A stretch of DNA of 64,000 bases from a candidate division FCPU426 bacterium (lineage in GTDB: Bacteria > Oederibacteriota > JAAXVQ01 > JAUVAV01). Below, piece by piece: positions 53,801 through 57,827 of this stretch. Position numbers and translations under genes: made by a program. The stretch covers positions 360,907 to 424,906 of the forward strand of contig JBFLYH010000003.1 of NCBI GenBank assembly GCA_040756875.1. Direction: 5' to 3'. The notes below the pieces were generated by a model, which searched no databases, had not been told where the DNA came from, and saw only the letters and a program-made list of their open reading frames with translations. Numbering within the stretch: position 1 is the first letter of the stretch; each line of letters opens with the position of its first letter.

Positions 53801-54220
53801 GACATTCACCGGCGTGCTCTCGCCTTCCACGCCGACCACGCGCAGACGGTTTTTCCTGCCCAGTTCCGCCAGCATGGCTTGGATGTTGCTTTGCACTTCA
53901 TAATTGCAATGCAGGTCCTGAATATACACCACGGTTTTTCCCGAAGCGCCCTGGTAACTGCTGGTAACGCGCCCCCATTCAGGTTTGATTTCGATGGATT
54001 GCCCGTTGGCGGCCAGCGGGGTATAGCGGAATTCCTCGATTAAACTTTTCGGATAGGTGGCCGGCTCAAATGCGAAGGCTACGGAGGGCCAGATGAATCC
54101 CAGGGATATCATCAAGGCCAGGGTTTTAGCGATTGGCAGGCGGCCAGGACGGCGCCAGGCATCCAGACTGGCTACGGCTGGCACGGGTGTTTGAGCTGCG
54201 GATGGTTTCATCGAAGACAT
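35828..54220 (-). CDS. Giant multidomain membrane protein (6130 aa): QDLH/GGxH domain, HExxH motifs, 2 cytidylate-kinase-like, split GGDEF-like, HAD hydrolase and RelA/SpoT-like domains, multiple TM clusters
   Basis: Uninterrupted 18.4-kb ORF with a GAAGGGAG SD. Motifs read directly: ITVDGPDATGKT, SDIDG...RHGGDEG...TLSIG...AKDAGKNQV, LTDWTGT...ATGR...GENGA...GDS...ND, GRVKE..SI...DDVVG...GY...EIKI, ITMGGPSGTGK. Confidence 0.85.
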   Translation of the reverse strand: MSSMKPSAAQTPVPAVASLDAWRRPGRLPIAKTLALMISLGFIWPSVAFAFEPATYPKSLIEEFRYTPLAANGQSIEIKPEWGRVTSSYQGASGKTVVYIQDLHCNYEVQSNIQAMLAELGRKNRLRVVGVEGESTPVNVDKLARIPLSPVKDKVGQYFLQRGRITGAEYQAATGAEPLVLQGIESQALYDHNQNTLMKFLNEESQGYCQDLRFALEQLKRPIYSTDLAKMDHERENFDQENQTLEKYCDFLLAEANRLGVELEPYKVIRLYALEHRLPVNAVVDYERLLHEAEALDRAVRQRLYTSDEQRQLDHQLYVLKIMENLINISATEEDLRYFRGHREDFTLESMLHFLENVSYRYALQPDLDPGVLKLVEYLDLSADFYRVADQRSQAFVENLMQAMRKNQTSLAVLITGGFHASHVENVLRTQGVSFLTVKPRLTRTDVANPYFSLLRNERTPLEKLLARNENIFAPRSLFNNPVFKRYLETVWEIELGRKLVLEDKLAGDALQQAFREARGNYPEDDAKVSLVFRPEQSNPAANVFVFQFDQEAGWYVVVRPNATTAYTTELSGEVLYGNNFQFQFVGADEFAQKRAQILGTEEPARAGAFALSRLAAQVAEVTNPITRALGTLAIAWGAPQGLRGLTPVSAARSLVAALARLFRPAATLWSVVTARMSGYFRPEQRLVERAMLWSLDKYGYAQNQVNRTELEVDLQNVLDLSKDDKTLQAFIAGRAERLALAGMAFRNGRLPLLGEVTPSDNLNRLVRDYNEAEELAEAVLAGTSLDSLDLKSAGSHLAQLVQAIRAGRRSFELGEQDVLSPERLLPEFTSDRQRDAMRQLAKQNNLKVQIPNFSFNPIVFFRPAQLQIASIRQGLLNFAQQLDADLLQGAELPMTAASQEIMAGSSAETPVEEEVAEAPVINLNISRKPDNALLGPAGAGTSALTLEQIMDRATPLGQVADNGQRQIVTDGLKLLGFQMRPDGRVILQTSQLVKRVQAAQRTLDQERRASNRRLNFLNRIAAPTPAQQQERFELQQRLQQYPNAAFELSEIMAAFKASGDKEFEVRLSGEMDALAHGQAFSEVQGNRMVLNAKALDQLKNNRGKMQLLRRLAHESGHIAGLEQTRIGEIRAGLIAKILAGYQLGIADYTAEIGNVNRRAILGETVELPLAAVGPASEIALTDGERETMSTWFNARGWTEVSIDTLATYTGGLSAGQLESLVPGRTTEKTHQDGVKLLAQLSQALAGMDSRFYSGADLLETFKLTLQGLSLDAAVTKHIQDLKTYAQDVVPAEFSAYETARAPIRTTDGVRELVRMAFDGEEGLALTPALTLMVERVASDEAAKFTEANYAVEFALNFDARAAAVLKDLPVALQPQARQLLQATLDKALASQPGTMAKLIDRKLQTQVPTPEAAIGALRDFGRFFRSNFQETGFADQADAVRNSLRRIGQDLLRQTASQQVIRLFGNKAPPSQEELSRFLPADYPLPFLADKLANDPRFQQIFSQYTSQAVWFLGNATKTQGYVTALKQLQDAANAAQSRREAIRGNLQQALDQIAWFFDTADWAEVEQMALALYRMQYARNLADSLKVPLEQVASDRSLASQTALAAELNIVADELAALRQAQGGQTASLARLAQAAHEQAVAALPQTRPLALVGPRRAGRVVEDEQKQLMAGVRQAFNTALQQYQSGKYQRTRLIELLDEAEQLMATLVNRYSDDPDVLALQGNLTEQKRLLVQTLNFEDFARRNPEYVKALDSLKQQVRDTTGTVGWSDFLTYAAASGQIVSRGGVPHATYSNPNADNIAQAQFAGYMRVAMINGQTVLCVDNGSSHYQRPGFRGAEAQFLAGIRGMRQALAALGFTQVALFPGHALEGMTRFDPSQIVGVIDLKNGQARASKDIATPVEIEGFEAVETRAADLQPESPAEYAEYIRSRAEAAANAVRPFLAKAEDAAAVEAYLRGLSPENFEVRTTERISGALAVHRQAGGKLQVIAERQLEGDLKKSTILHEAVEAALRSQGIAEAHALAFVVEQELAPESLRAKLSQTTHYDEVHLRNVVANTADVISAVDREPGGTPALKQRQKENALLVARVARSLLQEQQRVRALALDRRGFYGEETQSALSTLLAVFLNSQKELRDRLFKQIPGANTLQLARTLVQRGFDLLDQEQLNAFFASFGHKAETRAGLYTRQVLSEEINRLRRSLRGTVFENTLDQAQAAVQSLESGQGLTVKVNGQDRAITDLQIRKITSKASVSPEALKIGAFFTVEETPAGPVGFVNVMAHRQLPQALLHELLESVLGLDHRNVADLEAVSAYSLGTQPFLQSLAREIFWPTRVLSAIVGVIGILATLLAVGAIATGLVAPAAAVTLAGSGLVPLLWSVATFFKPRFIITVDGPDATGKTEIGEVLSRYFGYTYADAAIYYRAFALIVKDEIDKGNWTEDAFRAETPAEQQAFATFTKIVMDRLQQANVTVYFDRALGEQRMRVFLREGAFPGRRREVTDQVLPNAVNAAGEDFQRLESLASRLGRIPAVQKVVDDHLRALAKRENLVAVGQTMGTKLFDRDAKMRFYVVNNDLRNRAERLLKRPLRTEEELAAGLKEIENMDLSARTRSRDPLRPIPEAVVLDTGNFTLAEVLGTAQQSIIRKSRVVRSAIGRLWSMARERNRMLNRIQGENARRQMLEQAGDAWLGFSDIDGLSGYNLIYGKSITNFLLDDVLGIIEETANSRPVKLILEKKRQAVRRQLLGALLTLHFRQVFKLLPKLAETRVTTIRHGGDEGLYLMPENFTPQEIKEIMRLFRSRVQLNMHRQFMAYDLRGLKPQEEQQLRAIAAKINEDYGDPKLARVAFDEVYGVRLLLRVGRNDLAGRFQRELQGFAPVPADQVNGRLLEQIFKKRLEQAGLQTARLENLNLTKMAWPREAEDFKPPIDQKGYGYLQEGYFLTPTLSIGATKASRVDFAYVEKQAAGELSRSEVQAWSEALYQLAGDFLHVAKDAGKNQVVVDDLTKPIQAKEKKAEAPVLGDAHGRQLLRQQLLYEDNMILRSGDKPKHDAIYPKHFSTEGFRELVAQRLAVLAGRGDFQPEVHVSRAPPDSGPDKVHIAVITPETTYLLELEGQYYGPFVEQARGILRQRMAEEWSQQQQRPLEEVLADPVLERTLDETMASYVIATRDGVNYNRFKLVNDAIGYTAGDQMIGLPHLILDLNGLNLLRQPGRMNRKLPGVLSELEKEINDPQSGNQAHVVLTAVFSEMPTKQAAKRGLGRLFSDLRVASMAKQGKITAYQPTLRQPALVTQMGLAVTRLQGMFAEPGAQRRMVEEVEAAETAPRTRGFRPRSLFLMLFALIAAGFMAVSTPNVSAWAQGAQPNIRVDTEQVELIKKAPATRSYSLALEGRQQQLEVPVEAGDRAVSSHMTMTSPLGSHVALILEKTSADIDKFRAAKVRAQALVKKQLARLQGQEEPADPREINTWRSLDRTLSALNPGEVQLHAPVTLEGQELGAFLVNGRTYVPAGHLNDPELLAYDLVHENLHPAVRSAYGQIGDNAEENRVLKFGVDAFGSMLKVSLGFGETGLQISVHSIDPNLSADNPEIERAIQGALLAAWRQILEQKAQGQTVDQDFANALSLEMEKRGMPIPTQLEAKPGQGGFITAPLAGVLTGASAVVAGTTAIIATGTATLLTGGLVAAGILLILGMGAVITGLPTRTTLSKLAKVVNPAGFARLAKRVIDFIRGNPMIVLLAAIGIYSLLAQHPAEGGVIFAAAGMVVGPGDKKTQVENKVAALVRAHPELAAVVPQLTEALLRHQEHLKTANKFESLHAALKGLKDYDAAVIVQLIADRPQYFVHFVQVLENYQRKGGFADFAEVQLFIGQMNRMIQRTGQNAARLLSLLASNRQLAAIRDRGIEAVADMVDELGLDALSRLEQQIKESAQEQYFLAYESLQVARYLERIIDAATAPVLICENVAYGMFVTQPLKQHIQEYAAQKGKQVEFIRTRARSGMSHTNPPYIADRLFYREDADARMAPEDDITPQILRRLMTEAPHVVVLDGSKNQRYPDGFQQFSNLSVLLNSVLNPGLPSQDVLELSKKSRASHAEEALRDRNNRELLARLRELKPGATQVVYDVQYWTPDGRALPTRRDKIFDSLQRNYENFRERPGQREIILINATVNNASIPLWLRKFMAMDAPEMGRKDHRPGYFEDFYAFANKTFYARVQELFGKLRRQQPTREAEAVPALDPIRPDLNLSPAQVLNIFFDAMTAVLLTQRGAPVAVDERDGRTELLPTSKLLALLPEVERKMWEERLGQTYKGMLTDWTGTMEEKDIAQALQEGKYVGLATGRIMTASSMAKTIKQLQAYGATEQDLERLRIYGENGATKWQVRSGQPVEDAAYRRTLQPGDINLLEQLLASYPDKKVSEGQGYFNVSCRSRDKAFELARFITRQFPRLQRQYAMYVEGKDLRIYPWDVTKRRAAEDMAADLGIDTTELFLAGDSVGSIFDNDLPLVADSGFNVGSVRSPLWGVSVRRALNQPLNAMAATRALLARVRILRADEFQARPARAAPVASPLDGTPDEIRDFLERRLAWRGPHGAFVNDLMQALYSLGSPWRSQRMLRLTRAMIIAWLADRYSEVLPELSTVMDQFGLTEAERLFVLRSAEEHVLTTLSGEFFKDRPLETTLAYFWNRLLQTKEKRDAEIASVAQTASQPEGRTPRLGERGTASLSLVMGLAGGSFLAVGLGYLIYTAVFLGAGTAALFGAGAVLLGVGLLAGAAAFLSAFQKLRLRVAALRETAWPVLRRHLQRAVDFVRGNPMIILLAAIGIYALLNQQPAGGQFILAAGMVGGLGKDTIVRDRYKIPQRVSGQRRVEKLLSDGEPAALAVAEIDSFSDLKDIYGQDIAEFIYEKTLQILQGYLGRNIFFFRPENTSARFAIATKLRNDKEFSRLLQDVQSYLFYSFNRRYRVVTLQYFDLDNQARTISERDFNIRLSQLRNAVREFGHGAVGITEGRQVHVVYEISAQKDLQHALEVAGILQPSGTSADTLAAMPFEVESKIGLHAGYLYVPKLSMGVAGAEAYDKALAQVPTRQGEVRSQMPGRDLFRVLEKAATDALAAFARPLGGEIVFAVNLEQEANGQAQEAKEFISPEWSLLNFNIRNDQIFQRWFVNTAQRLASESDDKLAAIDALRQLYHDNQEALEDMDFDYLGVIFLNARQVIEEMRQMGHYALPDAERKFWEITLLWEQRHGGGMVDQYLDRHPELRPAMARLRRLIDPARREKEMERLREDLRSFADQVDLDMLVAPGRVKEPFSILMNFLRYWNKAMPAKPDFSDTDIYNERNVKKIVDDVVGTLLVIPHVDQIEKAVNQLIPYLEAHGYRIKVVDGQKAAGVNVSITQGADGRIKIEQITDGYFDVKIKIAPVDPMAFGAEIKILPNFLDESATRPGYTLVKQDVIKAVDWIITMGGPSGTGKIEAAWKLAQSLSYRVIDVGLVYRGIVSVYEKFLAAGKADSFEEFVKRAKFRLTAEGLTADYNRKGAAKETMAFNRNELAGETTESSELTVGAKIFRDQRQLLDTLVSRLVQNSAQKGRVIVVGQTPEQYVKRTDIRVYFDLTAKDRKSTEPQSRMPVPTDALIISPETQKSASRTVRMIEQMIADTIMSRGIVRQAVLGRKNGDYQALSLRNTLVVAAVWIGILSLGLGLPLLPSLGLGLLYPSAKLATAFRLLRAKYGFPGLLRHVGEPVGAYDPKIEKMVDPQTGAVLGEADWPIAWHEGFSHAAAQRLLRVFGINMASMPTGTFRYALVAGLAEFLTHTLDTLTAPMAFARLRTGPRWDAVVLSGVFLTSGLLLAASFFVALPAAVPVALGAVFALAGLSVAGFRGVLAPRAAEPADAETAAGTTAEAQPLQEIIATVRQDQNLGVTAQPGTTVWQRLRLRFVESGLGRAIIQMRGLPAGLKLMLLLPRPQNNFWGRAAVIGLSLAAWAGISLALVNGAGVNMAASFVLTGLTVLAPGFAFQYRLRTMAATPASRAIARSAWLEQIVLALNRSRDSVQVSLLLQELLGVLNEVKDDPVAREAVLDILSSLPSNQKNVTLQMADGSQFSRQLPMAVLEKPNLLIRFKRIFPVIKIDNQIWEAPQPRQRRAVDSAA

Positions 54221-54333
54221 GAGGAGACGACTCTCCCTTCCCTTACGCTGCGGGTTCCATGCCCTTTTCGATAAAAAGGCAGCCTGAAATGGGAAAACCG
54301 CAGACTATTTCCCTTATATATTATTTCAATTTT

Positions 54334-54362
54334 AGTATAGCACAGGGTTTCATGGATCGCAA
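54334..54362 (-). promoter_or_regulatory. Candidate promoter for the 6130-aa gene
   Basis: Minus strand TTGCGA-17 nt-TATACT with a TG extended -10, about 115 nt upstream of the ATG. Confidence 0.5.
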
Positions 54363-54469
54363 ATCAGGGGGCCGATTTCCAGGAACCGCCGAAATCCGCT
54401 TCAATTTAAGGCCTTTTTCGGCTGGCGTTTCAACTTGTTGTAACCGGGCAAATAGCTTGATCCATTCTT

Positions 54470-57043
54470 TCAGTCCAATTTCAGCTTTATACTGACCTCC
54501 GGAAATTCCAGACGATCCGGCATGAGCAGGGAAATATTCTTCTTCAACCGGTTGATCAGCAGCATGTTGCCGGTGCTGCTGGTGATGCTTCCCGCGGCAT
54601 CCAGACGTAAAACGCATTGCGCTCGTGCTTGCGCAAAAACCAGCTCCACACCTTTATTCCCGTTTGGATACTTGTATGTCGCCGTCTCCCCGGAAGGAAA
54701 CTGCAAGCCTGTTCTTCGTCCCACCTGGTCATACTCTTTGATAAGTTGCAATTGGCCCTTTTCGTCCAAATATCGGACTTGGGTCTGGTTTTGCGTGCGG
54801 TTGAAAAGCAGGCGTTTTCCATCGGGAAGCGTCATTGCTTCGACCCGGCCTTGCGATAAATGCCACGTCTGACTGCGGCCGCGATACTGTATTTCCAATT
54901 TGGTTCTTTCGGGAGAAACGTCCACAACCTTGCCGGCTTCCCCCCGGGCAGTGTTCCAGCTTTGCAATCGGCCGTCCGGGCCGTACGTTTCGGTCTGCAC
55001 GACTGCTTCGTGCAGACGCCAAACCCGGCGGTACCCCATGGGGCGCCCCAGCCAGGTTTGCTGATAAAGGGTGCCGCGATATCCTCCGGGGCCCGGCCAG
55101 TTTTTAATCTCTTTTTCGGCCTTACCACCCGCCAGCATCCGTCCCAAGACCGTGCGCCAGACGGTTGATACTGCCCTGGCCCCCGCGGTAGCACCCGCCG
55201 GCACCACCGTGGCGGGGGAGACAGCCTGTTCTGGCCGGAGATCGTTCTTTTGATCCCAATTCTGCATCCCAAGAATGCTCCCGCTCACACGCCGGGATTT
55301 GTCCAAAGACTGAAGTTTCCAGTGGAACCGCCCCTCGTCCACCCGCAATTGCCAGGCGCCGTCTTTTTCCATCAGTTCGTCCCTGCCTGGGCGCAAGGCA
55401 TAAGGCATCCAATATCCTTTTTCCGGGTGATCGGAATCGGACTGCCAGATCCGAAGACCCCTTCCGCCGCGCTCCACGCGGCTAATCCAGGTGTAGGTTT
55501 TTTCCTTGTCCACTTCCGGTAAAAACACTTCTATATCCGAATACAACCATTGTTCCACTTCCCGGTTGCGCAACCGGCGCAGCCGCCCCAGCTGGCCGGC
55601 CAGAGAGGAGAGGGACAGCATGCGCTCGGGCGACAGCGAGCGTAATAAAAGGTCGAATTGCGGATGCTGGTCGCTGTCCCGCTGAGCCATTTGCGGGCTG
55701 AGCAGGAGGTCGCGCTTGACCTGATAGGTTATCGCCAACTGCAGCAGGCGCGCCTGTTCGGGTTCAAGGCGGAGCACGGATTCGCCCTCCCGAAGCGGGG
55801 TCGGCAAAGGTGTCAGCGTGCTCTCGGCCGCGGCTTGCAGCAGGCGGTGCAAGTCGTCGAAATCCGGTTCGTCGTTCTGGTGCTGGGACAACCTCAATTT
55901 TTCATTCTCCAGCGCCTCATCCGGAATCAAAAGCCTGGCCGAAAAATCAAACCGGTCCATCTTCTCGGGGTCCGCCCTCCAAAAAGTTCGCGCATATCTG
56001 GATTTGACCGTTGCATCGCCCCTCATGTTTAAGGGGACGAGTTCCTCTTCCTCCGGATCGAAGGGATAGCGCTCCCAGCGCCTCCTCTCCGGAACCCACA
56101 TCATGACTCGATCCCCCTCGATTTTGACCTTTTGCACCAAAACATTTTCTTCTTCCACCATGTCCACCCAGGGCAGCGACATTTCAATATCCGTGCAATC
56201 GATGAATTTCCACTCCTCGTCGAAAACCACCCGCCGTTCTTCGCTGTCCGCGATGAATCGCCGCAATGGATAAAAGACTTCGGGGCGAAGGTATTTAAGA
56301 ATGACGTCGCCCCGGGTCTGCCCATAGCTGTCGGTCTTCAAGCGCCGGCGGTCCGAGTATTCCTGCCTGACCTTCTCCTGCAAAAGCCGCGAAATCAGGG
56401 CATACCGCTCATCCCAGACGGTTGTCATTCCCCCTGAAACCCGCCAATGTTCGAGCGGCAACCCGCTGGTGGTATTGACTTTGAAATAATCCGTCAAACC
56501 GTCCCGCGAGCGCGTTTCCAGGTAGCTATAGGTGCGCCGGTTTTCGCCCCAGCTGAAATCGCAGCGGTAGCACAATCCGTCCGGCCCCTGTTGGATTTCA
56601 AACAGGACATTGCCCTCGTCGTCGTAGTAACTGGCGGTCACTTGCTTGCCGAAAAACCGGAGCGCCCGCTTGATGCGTCCTTGGGAGGTAAAAAGATACT
56701 CCGTCCGGTCAACAAGCTCCCCGGAGGCGGAATAATGCCGCACGGGATAACCCTGCGCGTATTGGATCAGGCTGCCGTCCGGCAGCAACTTCTTCAGCAG
56801 GCGGCCGCTGTCGTCATACGTCAGCGTTTGACCGTTGGCAAGGGTGAACGTCACCTGCCAACCGCCGGGGGACTGGTCAAACTGATAGTTTCTTATGGCA
56901 TAACGGTCTTTTAGGCAATTGTACATTTGTTCGGCAAGCTGCTGAGGCGGCACTTCAGCCCCCAGGCTGCCCCGCGTAGCTGCCAGTAACACCACGCCTG
57001 CAATCAAGCGGAACCGGACGGAACGCGAAACCGGGCGGGTCAT
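54470..57043 (-). CDS. Secreted 857-aa protein with YD/RHS-like repeats at both ends
   Basis: Signal-like N-terminus, TYDDSGRLLKKLLPDGS, YYDDEGN, TYGPDGRLQS, TLPDGK, EYDQVGRRTGLQFPSGETATYKY. Confidence 0.7.
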   Translation of the reverse strand: MTRPVSRSVRFRLIAGVVLLAATRGSLGAEVPPQQLAEQMYNCLKDRYAIRNYQFDQSPGGWQVTFTLANGQTLTYDDSGRLLKKLLPDGSLIQYAQGYPVRHYSASGELVDRTEYLFTSQGRIKRALRFFGKQVTASYYDDEGNVLFEIQQGPDGLCYRCDFSWGENRRTYSYLETRSRDGLTDYFKVNTTSGLPLEHWRVSGGMTTVWDERYALISRLLQEKVRQEYSDRRRLKTDSYGQTRGDVILKYLRPEVFYPLRRFIADSEERRVVFDEEWKFIDCTDIEMSLPWVDMVEEENVLVQKVKIEGDRVMMWVPERRRWERYPFDPEEEELVPLNMRGDATVKSRYARTFWRADPEKMDRFDFSARLLIPDEALENEKLRLSQHQNDEPDFDDLHRLLQAAAESTLTPLPTPLREGESVLRLEPEQARLLQLAITYQVKRDLLLSPQMAQRDSDQHPQFDLLLRSLSPERMLSLSSLAGQLGRLRRLRNREVEQWLYSDIEVFLPEVDKEKTYTWISRVERGGRGLRIWQSDSDHPEKGYWMPYALRPGRDELMEKDGAWQLRVDEGRFHWKLQSLDKSRRVSGSILGMQNWDQKNDLRPEQAVSPATVVPAGATAGARAVSTVWRTVLGRMLAGGKAEKEIKNWPGPGGYRGTLYQQTWLGRPMGYRRVWRLHEAVVQTETYGPDGRLQSWNTARGEAGKVVDVSPERTKLEIQYRGRSQTWHLSQGRVEAMTLPDGKRLLFNRTQNQTQVRYLDEKGQLQLIKEYDQVGRRTGLQFPSGETATYKYPNGNKGVELVFAQARAQCVLRLDAAGSITSSTGNMLLINRLKKNISLLMPDRLEFPEVSIKLKLD

Positions 57044-57729
57044 GGCTGGTCGTCCGGTTGTACGAGCAGATCCACGGGGATGATCTGTTCCAGGTCATCG
57101 GGACCGCCGGAGCTCTGAGTTGACCAGGGAGTCCCATCGGCGTGATATCCGGCGAGCAGTCTCCCCCGGGAGTTGAACAGCAGTATGCGATTTTGGATTT
57201 TATCCGTCACGGAAACGTACAGGGCCGGAACATCGTTATCCGGCGTTTGGGTTTTAACGGCCAGCAGCCCTAGGGCATGGAAGACTTGGAGTGTTCCGTC
57301 CTTTTGCAGCCGTGCCTGCAGCCGCCCGCGCCAATAATATCTTTCCTCCAACAGCTGGTTGTCGGCTCCGGTTTCCCAAACCGTGGCGCTGGATCCATCC
57401 GTTCCATAACGCCACTGCTCTTCGGAACCGTCCGCGCGCCGTTTGGCGACCATCCGGCCTCTGGCGTCGTACTCGGCGCGGGCGTTGACCGAAAGAAACA
57501 ACCGGCGGGTCTGGCGAAAAACATCGGCCTCCTGCGCCAGTCTCTCCCGGCTGAAATGCCGCTGTTCGAGCCACGATGCGCCCCAATCCTCGGATTCGGC
57601 TTCCGAGGGCAAGGCTGCTCCGGGCAGTAATGCCGCCCCTCCCGCGAGGATGAACAAGGTCAAACAAACCGCCGACTTGCGCACGCCGCACACCCCTTTG
57701 GCCGACTCCGACGCATCAGTATAACCCAT
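57040..57729 (-). CDS. Secreted ~215-229-aa protein with YD/RHS-like repeats
   Basis: Hydrophobic N-terminal stretch, EYDARGRMVAKRRADGSEEQWRYGTDG and FNSRGRLLAGYHADGT. ATGA overlap with the downstream gene. The start may be a downstream GTG (VRKSAV). Confidence 0.65.
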   Translation of the reverse strand: MGYTDASESAKGVCGVRKSAVCLTLFILAGGAALLPGAALPSEAESEDWGASWLEQRHFSRERLAQEADVFRQTRRLFLSVNARAEYDARGRMVAKRRADGSEEQWRYGTDGSSATVWETGADNQLLEERYYWRGRLQARLQKDGTLQVFHALGLLAVKTQTPDNDVPALYVSVTDKIQNRILLFNSRGRLLAGYHADGTPWSTQSSGGPDDLEQIIPVDLLVQPDDQP

Positions 57730-57772
57730 TTGGAGGGCCGGGGAAAGCCTCTCGATCCTCGCGGTTTCTCCT

Positions 57773-57813
57773 AAAAAATAAAAAACCCGGCGCCAACCGC
57801 GGCGCCGGGTTTT
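57773..57813 (-). terminator. Intrinsic terminator after the 53-aa-repeat protein gene
   Basis: Stem aaaacccggcgcc / ggcgccgggtttt followed on the minus strand by TTATTTTT. Confidence 0.85.
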
Positions 57814-57827
57814 CCGATCATTCTCCG

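Noticed and set aside
35828-54220. NRPS/PKS or RTX/autotransporter adhesin as the explanation for the giant ORF
   Set aside because: No condensation, adenylation, ketosynthase or carrier motifs, no GGxGxD nonapeptides and no C-terminal beta-barrel are visible.
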